Origin: Eledone cirrhosa
Lineage: Eukaryota
Length of the DNA stretch: 64,000 bases
Assembly (NCBI GenBank): GCA_964016885.1
Contig: OZ024751.1
Span: forward strand, 37,696,001-37,760,000
Reading direction: 5' to 3'
A program made the translations under genes and the position numbers. Shown in pieces: positions 41,382 through 53,890 of this stretch. Position 1 is the first letter of the stretch. Every line of letters starts with the position of its first letter. The notes under the pieces were generated by a model. That model did not search any database. It saw only the letters and a program-made list of their open reading frames with translations, and was not told where the DNA came from.

Positions 41382-41420
<39 letters not shown>

Positions 41421-41422
<2 letters not shown>

Positions 41423-41622
41423 CGAAGGAAGTGTGGTAAGGAACCAGGTGGACCGTAATGCACTAGAGTACTCAATACTTTGGGTAGTAGAGTGGGTATT
41501 AGGAAAATGTTCAAGACCCCGACGGCAGAGCTCAAGCCGTTTCGACGGCTATTTCTGGACAGTCCAGAAATAGACGTCGAAACGGCTTGAGCTCTGTTGT
41601 CGGGGTCTTGAATATATTCCTA
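41421..41622. mobile_element. Family C fold-back element, copy C1
   Basis: ~79-nt tail plus ~61-bp inverted arms centred at 41561; (TA)n flanks. Confidence 0.85.
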
Positions 41623-42273
41623 TATAAATACATATATATATACATCATATTCTATCGCGATCAGACACCCTTTACCCTCAACAATAACCATCTGATACCG
41701 CAAAAATAGGGAAATTTCGATAAATTACCCACGGGATTGTCATTAAGTATTTTATAATGTATTGTTCTGGTGTGTCTAAACGTTAAAATCGAAAAAAATC
41801 AAAAAGCCCCACAGGACACGCGATGGCAGTCCCAGGGAATATCTATCTTACACCCCCCCCCCCAGCGATAGGGCTCCCAGCTGGTAAAGAGCCAGAGACA
41901 AATGGCCAGTCCACCTTGTTATAAATCTGGCCCTGTATATGATTATCATAGCCTCAACCCCACTCACCAACTGATTCTATCGAATATATTATGTGACGTG
42001 AAAACCGATCTTTACAACGAAAACGATGTATCTAACTTGCGTACAGTTTTATTCCAGGTCAATATGTGAACTTTTATTTGGGGGGAAATCTCCCCAAACT
42101 ATATTGTATCGAAACATGCCTTCCACCACCAACGAAATCAATAGCCTTGCCAATAATTACTACTAAAATATATAAGACAAAGGAAGTTTTATAAAGAAAC
42201 AGGAACAGTGTGATTACGGGGAAGATAGCATGCTATAATGACTTGGCAACAATCTATTAGATACATTGATTAT

Positions 42274-42351
<78 letters not shown>

Positions 42352-42511
42352 CTTTAGTATATAAACTCAGGTAATCCTAGTACATCACAATTTGGATATT
42401 TAATCACTGAAAGTGCAGAAACACTATATTCGTAGCTATGTTTCTTTGCGTGAATTTAACTGGACACATCTCTCTTTCTCTCTCTCTCTCTCATATATAT
42501 ATACGCCCATT

Positions 42512-42569
<58 letters not shown>

Positions 42570-42634
42570 CGGAAACGAAGCGTATATATATGTGCATTAT
42601 ATAAATTTTATGACGCACATCTATCTATCTATCT

Positions 42635-43496
42635 GGTGCGACGACGCCCTCGGAGAAGCCCTAGACATGGAGGAGGACGAACTGGCCAGCCTGTTCGGTA
42701 GGACATTCAGCCCGGGACCTATGGACAACTTCCAGAAGTCCCTGGCCTGGCAGTGCTACCGAGGGGCTTTACCCGTTCGAGAAAGGCTCTACAGACACGG
42801 GCGCCCGGGTAGGGACCCCGCCAAAAAGATCTGTCCCAGATGCGTGTGCGACGAGGAAACCGTTGCACACGCATTAGTACACTGCTCGGGCGTAGCCGAT
42901 CTGTGGGGCTATGTCGAACAACTGCTGTCAAGGGTGGGACCGATCCGGTTGACCACCGAGTCTATTGTAATGATCAAGCCGCCTCCCCCCTTCAAAGATG
43001 AAGCAGAGGCGGTGTTTCTGTGCGTAATAGCCATGGCGAAAGAGGTTGTATGGTGGACGCGTCTGAAAGGACTGAGGTCGGGCACCTTTCTCTCTGGCCA
43101 ACAACTGGTCCGTTTCTTCCGATATCATTTCGGAAGAAGGATCAGGATGGAGAGAGAGGTGCTGCACCCCAGCCGTTTCTATGAAAGATGGGTGAAAGTG
43201 GCGAGAATGGCCCGTGTGAATGGGCCTTCACTCTACATCAGACTATAGGTGAGGAAGATGAAAGACCAAGGGAGCACCCCTTCTCTGTGCTCCTGAGGAG
43301 AAGGGTTGCACACTTTTTTCGGGGGTGTGTGCGACAATAGAGATTGAGGATTTTGTTAAAAATTTTATTTTTTGTTATATCTTATTTTATTTTTATATTT
43401 TGTTATTGCCTCCTCCTTATTGAGGACGCCTTTTTGTGTAAACTCCCCCCTTTGTACTTGTCCCACTTTTGATGCCCTAGTGGCAAATAAAAGAAA
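42635..43496 (+). mobile_element. 5'-truncated Tx1/L1-clade non-LTR retrotransposon (ORF2 C-terminal CCHC zinc finger and 3'UTR) in (CTAT)n
   Basis: Frame open to 43248: SLAWQCYRGALPVRERL..CPRC..EETVAHALVHC (zf-RVT-like). AATAAA end; TCTATCTAT on both flanks. Confidence 0.85.
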
Positions 43497-44092
43497 TATA
43501 TCTATCTATCTATAAAAAGCAAGCTAACTAACTAGATATCTATCTATCTATATATATATAATGTGCACGTGTATACTCTTTCGCGGCAAGAAAGGGCTCG
43601 GCACTTGATCATTTTCCACGTCACTAACAATGTTCTGAGATAGGAAGGTAGCAAAACATCATCAAACCATGGATTTGGTTCGAAAACGTTTGACAGAGTT
43701 CCTCAAATAAAGACAGTCACGAATCATGGACTGAAATATCAAGATGAAATCTAACAGCCAGGTCGGTCTCAGAGGTATACGGACGTATCTAGAGAGTGCA
43801 AATACCACAAATACCACATTATATTCTGTCTGGCACACTAAAATGTCTGTGTATTTACTCTCAAACGCTTGCAATCGATGTGTGTTTGTATGTGTGTGAG
43901 AGAAGGTGGGGTAATATATTGAAACAGGAATATGAAAGCTATCTACATGACTTATTTTCTTTTAGTTTCTAAAGATATCAATTGTAATTCTTTATTGCTG
44001 GGATCAAGTAAAGTAAAGAACGTATTATACCTTAGAAAGATTCGTGTTTATGTGAGCATTCAATTCAGTTCAAACACACACTATATATATAT

Positions 44093-44283
44093 AACGAAGG
44101 AAATGTGGTAAGGAACCAGGTGGACCATAACGCACCAAAGTACTCAATACTTAGGGCAGTAGAGTGGGTAATAGGAACCAGTAAGACCCCGACGGCTGAG
44201 CTCAAGCCGTTTCGACGGCTAATTCTGGACCAAGAATTAGCCGTCGAAACGGCTTGAGCTCAGCCGTCGGGGTCTTACTGGTT

Positions 44284-44287
<4 letters not shown>
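44093..44287. mobile_element. Family C fold-back element, copy C2
   Basis: Tail plus perfect inverted arms around ggacca (44227-44232); (TA)n flanks. Confidence 0.85.
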
Positions 44288-44310
<23 letters not shown>

Positions 44311-44317
<7 letters not shown>

Positions 44318-44616
44318 TTCAAAATATTAACAAACTAGATATTCTTGTGATCAATTATATATTATTATACATATTTCAGAGGTACTGAGTTAAGGTGAAC
44401 AGTACGTCCTCATCAGATAAGATAAAATGATACATGACATACCCTGACATATTACATGGTTAAGATTTAGTCATGGTAGTGATTAACTTATTTATTTTGT
44501 TAATATTTTGAATTAATATTAATAACTCTGGAAAACCTTTTTTCTGTTGAGTGCTTCCAATCTATTGTAAAACTCATTCTTTGAAGTATTCATTGAACCT
44601 TGTTTAACTTTTAAAT
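44311..44616 (-). mobile_element. Family B hammerhead element, copy B2
   Basis: Reverse-complement homolog of 34966-35260. Confidence 0.8.
44358..44424 (-). ncRNA. Hammerhead ribozyme (family B)
   Basis: tcatcag at 44410-44416 and tttc at 44374-44377. Same stem II as B1 with a different loop. Confidence 0.8.
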
Positions 44617-44670
44617 ATATATATATGCATAAACAAATACACACACACACATATATATGCATAAACAAAT

Positions 44671-44702
<32 letters not shown>

Positions 44703-44756
44703 GCATAAACAAATACACACACACACACACACATATATATATATGCATAAACAAAT

Positions 44757-44799
<43 letters not shown>

Positions 44800-44942
44800 A
44801 TATATATATATGCATAAACAAATATATATATATACATGCATAAAAAATATATATATATATATGGTTTCTTAGATGGACCGACATTTAATATCGTAATGAA
44901 TGTACACTTACTAGATAAACGCCAGTTTAAATAACGGAACCA

Positions 44943-45053
<111 letters not shown>

Positions 45054-45765
45054 TATGTGTGTGTGCTAGTGGTTAGATGGGGGAGGTGGTGTGAAGTAAA
45101 TCTCGATAAAAACAATAAATATATGACAAAAACAATGGCTCGTCTATTTTGACGACAAGTTTAAATAATAGATTGGAGATATTTACAAATACGAGAGCAA
45201 ACAAACTGTCGCGATGTTAGCAGGTCAAAAGTGTTCGATGATGAAAGTGTCAACAAAAAATATTGATGTATTACGATAGCTTTGACATTATTCTCTAGGA
45301 GGAAAGAAAATAAAGAGTTTTATCGTTACTATATCTCGACATTGTGTAATATTACTTTGTCTTGTTTGTTTCTGTCGTTATTCCTGTTATTGCGTGGACC
45401 AAACAATATTAATGCTTTTAACATTATTGTCAACAACGTGAAACCAGTAACATTGGAATGTACTTGTCTTGTGCTTATTATCTCTTCTGATACGTTTGTA
45501 ATTACACACACACACATACACACAAACATATATTTATACATATATATATATACATACACATACACCCAAATACATATATACACACAATCACATACACACA
45601 TATATATTTGCACACACACACACATATATATATTTATATATATATTTATATAAACACACATATATATATATACACACACAAATTCATGTATACATATACA
45701 CACAAATATATGGCTGTGTACGTATGTTTATATGTATCTATATATTTATATAAACACACATATAA

Positions 45766-45808
<43 letters not shown>

Positions 45809-46150
45809 AATTCATGTATACATATACACACAAATATATGGGTGTGTACGTATTTTTATATATATCTATATATTTATATGAACACACACATATAAACACA
45901 CACATATAAATACATACATATATATATACACACACACAAATACATGTATACATATACACACAAATATATGGGTGTGTACGTATTTTTATATATATCTATA
46001 TACATACAAACATACTAACCTATATGAATATATGTGTGCAAACGTATATACGTATTTATTTCATATATGACTTCCCCCAGAATATTTGTTTCCTGTGTCT
46101 ATGTGAGCATGTATGTATATATATATATCTTACTAGGAATTGTGAGCATG

Positions 46151-46198
<48 letters not shown>

Positions 46199-46201
<3 letters not shown>

Positions 46202-46441
46202 AAAGAACACAAGAGCGTCTACAACATCAAAAGATTTATATTGGCTTACAATGTTTCTTCCTTACGTAACCGTAGGATTCGTCAGAGCTATAAAAGGGGT
46301 TTGATTGGTGTTATGGACTCTACCAACCAAACATTCAAGTATCATATATACGGCTCTGCTCCAAAGCATAGAGCTAATTATTATGCTGCCAATACCTTAA
46401 TGGGACACGGGTATACAATACCTAGCTCCTATTAACCTAAG
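46199..46441 (-). mobile_element. Family E hammerhead-containing insertion between two (TA)n tracts
   Basis: ~243-bp unique segment bounded by (TA)n and containing the hammerhead at 46242-46290. Confidence 0.55.
46242..46290 (-). ncRNA. Minimal type-I hammerhead ribozyme (family E)
   Basis: UAGCU-CUGACGA-A UCC UACG guua CGUA a GGA A-GAAA-CAUUGUA^AGCCA. Confidence 0.65.
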
Positions 46442-46878
46442 TATATATATATATATATATCTTACAAGGTATTGTGTGCATGTATATTGAGATGATGTCA
46501 CAACAGACAAAGAACCAGACACAACTCTATATTTATTGAAATGTGAGCGTCAAGACTAAATATGCTATTGAATGTTCCAATGCTACTTAATCCATTTGGT
46601 ATATCAATATGACACGTATATATTTTATTTGTATCTATGAATTTAATCAGAGGTATTGAAACACTGCTAAATTTCCTCTGGTGTGATTTTTAATATACTA
46701 ATCGGCAAGGTAAAGACAAACGAGTTCAGTGTTTCATCGTTTAACCACTCATCAAAGCACTTGTAATTTGTATGTATTTAAAGAGAGAAAACAAACGTAT
46801 CTATATCACTTTCTATTTAATTCCTGTTTCTTGGTAATTGTTCTCGTGTTACCGATATATATATACACACGCACAGAT

Positions 46879-46912
<34 letters not shown>

Positions 46913-47378
46913 ATATTTATGTGTACTCTGCAGTATTTATAATTGAAATACTGACAGATCTGTACCACTTAAAACCAAACTAATACTTAAATATATTTGT
47001 CAATATTACTTCTTTTGAACTGTCGTGGTAGTAAACATACTTTCAAATATATTTTGTAACGTGAAAGATGAAGTTTGAAGTTTGATTGTATATATATATA
47101 TATATATAAACGGAAAAAATGAAACGAAATTTCATTTCACACTCTTAGTACGGCTGTTACTTAAATATAAGTATGTACACGTACATACATATATGTATAC
47201 AGACGTACAGTAGTATGTATATATATATACATACATGTATGCACACATATATATATATGTACGTATGGATTCACCGACCATTTATTATAATGCTCGGTGT
47301 GTTTGTAAACAAACATCCCGTATTCAGCAGTAGTGTCTAGCAACCATCGTTGCTCGTTTGTTCAACACTGACAAATGA

Positions 47379-47421
47379 ACGCTGTACTAGTTTCAAGCTT
47401 ATTAGCTATCGTCAGCAACGT
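47379..47421 (-). ncRNA. Minimal type-I hammerhead ribozyme (family D)
   Basis: ACGUUG-CUGACGA-U AGCU aaua AGCU U-GAAA-CUAGUA^CAGCGU. Stem I is 6 bp, stem III is the palindrome ACUAGU, and the triplet is GUA. Confidence 0.8.
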
Positions 47422-47588
47422 ATACCTTCCTGCCAGATTGTTGAACGTATATACTTACCTTATGCATATTAACGGCTGAGTAGCCCAATTTGCATATCGA
47501 GTGGGTTAATCGATATGCAAATTGCGCTACTCAGCCGTTAAAATGCATAAGGTAAGTATATACGTTCAACAATCTGGCAGGAAGGTAT

Positions 47589-47631
47589 ACGTTGCCGACG
47601 ATAGCTAATAAGCTTGAAACTAGTACAGCGT
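47589..47631 (+). ncRNA. Hammerhead (family D) with core mutation CCGACGA
   Basis: Inverted copy of 47379-47421 carrying U4C. Confidence 0.6.
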
Positions 47632-47824
47632 GCCTTTGTCAGTGTTGAACAAACGAGCAACGATAGTTGCTAGACACTACGGCTTAATACGGGATGTTTG
47701 TTTACAAACACACCGAGCATTATAATAAATGTTCGGAGAATCCATACGTACATATATACATGTGTGCATGTATGTATATATATATACATACTACTGTACG
47801 TCTGTACACATATATGTATGTACA

Positions 47825-47877
<53 letters not shown>

Positions 47878-47971
47878 GTACATATATATATATAGTCGAG
47901 GAATTTAGGAACAGTTTAGGTATGATACATTTTATTACTAATTATATCTAAATGTTTCTTCTCTCTTCATA

Positions 47972-48047
<76 letters not shown>

Positions 48048-48049
<2 letters not shown>

Positions 48050-48253
48050 CGAATGAAGTGTGGTAAGGAACCAGATGGACCGTAACGCACCAGAGTACTC
48101 GATAATTTGGGTAGTAGAGTGGGTAATAGGAAAATGTTCAGAACCCGACGGCAGAGCTCAAGCCGTTTCGACGGCGATTTCTGAACTCTTTCTGGACCGT
48201 CCAGAAATAGCCGTCGAAACGGCTTGAGCTCTGCCGTCGGGGTCCTGAACGTT

Positions 48254-48257
<4 letters not shown>
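48048..48257. mobile_element. Family C fold-back element, copy C3
   Basis: Tail plus inverted arms; the centre contains tttctggac-c-gtccagaaa; (TA)n flanks. Confidence 0.85.
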
Positions 48258-48305
<48 letters not shown>

Positions 48306-48310
<5 letters not shown>

Positions 48311-48660
48311 GTGTGTATACTTACATTTATGTATCAGCTGTAGTAGGGCGAGAAATAAAATTCTAATTTTAATTTTAATATTCAGCAAGGCCTACTCGCT
48401 CATTATGCAAATGCGGTTACTAAGCCAATCTATACTTAAGAAAATATTATATATTAACAGATTGGCCTGATGAAGGGTAAAGACCCAGAAACATGTTGAT
48501 TCTTCCTCTAAGCCAGTGTTGAATAAACAAGTGATGATCGGTCCCCGGGACGGCACAGCTTCAAATTGGGCCGTTTGTTTACAAACCAATCGAAATGTTT
48601 TATTAATGTTCGATAAACCCATACGTACATATATATATATGTTTATATGTATGTGTATAT
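48306..48660 (+). mobile_element. Diverged family D' unit with hammerhead core at 48467-48497
   Basis: Colinear homology with D (tatgcaaat..tact.agcc; cagtgttgaa.aaac; gtttgtttacaaac; ccatacgtaca). Core reads CUGAUGA-a GGGU aaag ACCC a-GAAA-CAUGUU; stem I is degenerate. Confidence 0.7.
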
Positions 48661-48682
48661 GTATATATATATATGTGTGTGT

Positions 48683-48777
48683 AAATGAAGTAATTCCGTC
48701 GGAAAAGTCCAGGAAAAAAGAGTGCTCTATGTAGGTAACAGAGTTTAATAGTTATGTAATAAACAATGTTTATTACA

Positions 48778-48784
<7 letters not shown>
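48683..48784. mobile_element. Family G minimal fold-back insertion (65-nt tail plus 18-bp inverted arms)
   Basis: atagttatgtaataaaca-a-tgtttattacataactat running into (TA)n. Confidence 0.55.
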
Positions 48785-48828
<44 letters not shown>

Positions 48829-49410
48829 TTACGTGTGCATACTTACATATATGAGTGTGTGTTGACACAAGAATGTTTGTCTATGTCGTGTATAGCTACA
48901 CTACGTCCTTGTGCCTATCTAACATAAATAATAATGATTATAACATAGTGGCATACAATCGGATATGAATATAAAATCGACAAATTCCTAGAGCTTACAA
49001 ACACACACAACCCCCTCACATTACTCACCTACATACACACATTGTATTCAGTCTATTTGTACCCATATCTATCTAGTATGGATATTATAAAGAGATATAA
49101 TTAAGCAGACCGTACAAGAGAATATTATCGAGTGTATATACGGTGAATGGTAAAAAAGAATGTAAAAGTATGTAAAAGGTAGCGGTGAAAGGTGAACGCT
49201 TGTTGTATGATCCAGCGATAGTTCACCTCTTCTGACCTCCATCATAGCAAGACTTACAATAACAAGATGCAGCTGTCAGAAAGTCTGTGACTCCATCTAA
49301 TTTCCTGTGAGGTTCAATCTAAGGAAGTTACGTACGTTCATTCATAGATAGATACGAAACTACATATAGACGCATATACAAGCATATGTGTATATTATTA
49401 TGTAAATGTG

Positions 49411-49450
<40 letters not shown>

Positions 49451-49584
49451 CGTGCGTGTGGGTGTGTGTGTGCACGCGCATGTGGGTGTGTGTATGTGTG
49501 GGGGTATATGTATATATGCTTATATATATATATATATATATATATAAATGTGTGTCTGTATGTATACATATATTTGTATACATA

Positions 49585-49623
<39 letters not shown>

Positions 49624-50392
49624 CTGTCGATATATACATATATACGCATGCACACACGCACACACACGCACACACACACACACATATATATGTATACACA
49701 CACACATCGATACATACGCACACACACACACATATATACACACACACACACGTTTAATCTTGACTTAGTACGTGAAATGCTGTCTGTGCCGTTACAACTG
49801 AATGTACTGTTATATATGTTTTATATAATTCTCCTGGAACATTCATCAACGAACGCGTGTCAACAATTTTCTTCTTTCTCTTTGTCGTTTTATTACGTCT
49901 TTTATTTTGTCACATTGCTTCCGGCTCTCGAGCTCAACTCATCTGACTATTATTATAAGCAAATGGGGGCCGACGCACTGGCCGCCCCGCGAATAGAGAA
50001 GGCGTTTGTGAGAGAGAGAGACGCGTTGGAAGACCCATTCCAGCTCCTGGGGCTTACATTTGCGAGTAGCCAACTCCGTAGTGAGTAGCAATGTGATCCA
50101 AGGGTCAAGGTCACTTGATACTTAAGGGTGAGCATCAGAGACTGGCTATTTAATCCTGCCGGGGACTAATGTTCAATATAAATATATATATATATATAAA
50201 TATATATATATATAAGATATATTCTTTATTAGGGATTATGATGTATCTGGTTACTCCGAGGAGTCTTGTCTGATGTTCCTGTTACAATTCTAGAATAATG
50301 AAACACCCCACTTGGCCATATTGAAGAATTTAAACACTGCATCTGTATTGAGAACTCATCTCCTCGTCCGTCAATAACAGCAGGATACACGT

Positions 50393-50444
<52 letters not shown>

Positions 50445-50519
50445 TCTCTCTTTCTGTCATATATATATTTATGTATATATATATATATATAGGAACGAGT
50501 GGGACCCCGACGGGGTATA

Positions 50520-52170
<1,651 letters not shown>

Positions 52171-52275
52171 ACAAACATAACTATTCATATATATACGCAT
52201 ATATATACGCACGTATGTATGTATGTATGTATGTATGTATGTATGTATGTATGTATGTATGTATGTATGTATGTA

Positions 52276-52644
52276 GGAGAAGGAAAACTCTGATATAACA
52301 CCTGCAACTCTGATGGTATCCAATGATGTTGACATGTTCTTCTTTTTGGTAAATATCATCTTGGTTAAGAGAGTGGGACTGGCTTTGTGCAGTGCCTTTG
52401 CTCACTATAAAAGCTTCACGGCACAGGCATTGCTTTATATCTGGAGATCTCTCTGCACTTGCCATCACATGGTACCATGGGCCCAGCACTATGTGTCAAT
52501 AATTGTCACAAGTGTAGTGTTTGTACCAGAGTTTTCAAGTCGCTGGCCTGACTAAAAAGTCACACTTGTTTAGCGCATCAGTAGGGGTTCTTCTACATGG
52601 ATATAAAGTAGTGGCCGTACTCGAAAACGAGTTGGCAGCCACCA
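52276..52644 (+). mobile_element. Interspersed repeat embedded in (TATG)n, possibly RTE 5' region
   Basis: Homologous to 53590-53830. Starts with ggagaaggaaaactctga, which I recall from RTE 5'UTRs. Confidence 0.4.
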
Positions 52645-53336
52645 TGTATGTATGTATGTATGTATGTATGTATGTATATCTGTGCCTTTAGATATAACAA
52701 AAGAAAATATTCCTAGTGGCATAATTGGCACTGCCGTCAACTACAATATAATATTTCCCAAAACTAGAAGGTCAGGCGGTTTATTCAACCGGAGATCAAT
52801 GATGAGCTAGATATGAATAAAATATACCTGGATTTCGTCTCCACCATTGCTGCTATCTGCCACTAGGTAAAATTATTCTTAACACGTGCCTCTCTTATAT
52901 ATGGAAGTTGGGAAGGTATTCACAATGATTGTGTTTTGTGTTATGCCAACATCAATGCTGACACCGTTTACATTTAAAAAGCATTATTTATGAAGGTTAG
53001 CATTTATCTGTGCTTGTTTTTGTGCTCACGCACTAAAAGTACTTTCTCATTCATATGGGAATCAGAGCCATTTATTATTCATATCAGACAAGATTGCATG
53101 GCATAGATTGCCTAACTTAGGAGGTCATGATACTTAGTCAGAATATATATTGTTGTTACTGGTTTATATCAGTGAAGCTAACCTTATGATCAGACTAACA
53201 GCATTATTCCTTCTCCACGTTTACTGTGTATGTCTGCTTCTCATTTGCATCCGATTTTAGAGAGCTTTCTTTAAATTGTCTCACACACTGAAACATACTG
53301 ACACATACACACACACACATCTCTCACTCTCTCTCG

Positions 53337-53402
<66 letters not shown>

Positions 53403-53589
53403 CATGTGTGTATAAAATAGTGTAGGGTGGATAATCCGTCGATTTCTTCAATGCACGTTTAGTTGATAAACTCCATGATGTTTCAATGAATTAAGGAGAA
53501 AATTAGCAGTGACTTCGAAGTTACAGCTCCATCACTTCATCTGGCTGTATATACCTATGTATGTAACTATGTATGTATGTATGTTAATC

Positions 53590-53890
53590 CACTGGGAGTG
53601 AAGGACCCCTAGTCTTTGTCAGGGTATTCTTCTAGGAGAATGCAACTCAGGAAACTGGGATAACTCCGACATAAAACCTACGGCTCAGTATTTACCGATG
53701 ATGTTGAGCTTTTCTTATTTTCGGCTTATGGCTACTGTCGCTCAGAGAGTGGGATTGGTTCAGTACACAGTCTTTCCTCAGTTTTACAAAAATCTTCATG
53801 CACAGGCATTGCACGATAGCATTAATTGATAATTATTAATAATTTTATATCGTGCAATGGCCATAATCGATAACATGGGGGCAGCCATCA
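53590..53890 (+). mobile_element. Second diverged copy of the (TATG)n-associated repeat
   Basis: Shares the blocks atgatgttga, gagagtggga.tgg and aaaa.cttca..gcacaggcattgc with 52276-52644. Confidence 0.4.

Larger units (their letters stand above)
47108..47832. mobile_element. Family D fold-back retrozyme-like element, copy D1
   Basis: ~325-bp inverted arms around a 9-nt loop (47501-47509), a 65-nt left tail and (TA)n flanks. Confidence 0.85.

Noticed and set aside
41421-41622. Families A-D as classical DNA MITEs
   Set aside because: The ends are asymmetric (one-sided tail), arm lengths and inversion points vary between copies of A and D, and hammerhead motifs are present. This favours retrotransposition.
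42592-43248. 218-aa ORF as a host gene
   Set aside because: It is the C-terminus of a truncated LINE ORF2, and the Met comes from flanking DNA.
49940-50170. GC-richer island as exon or promoter
   Set aside because: No recognisable protein motif, splice context or second copy, so I cannot support a call.
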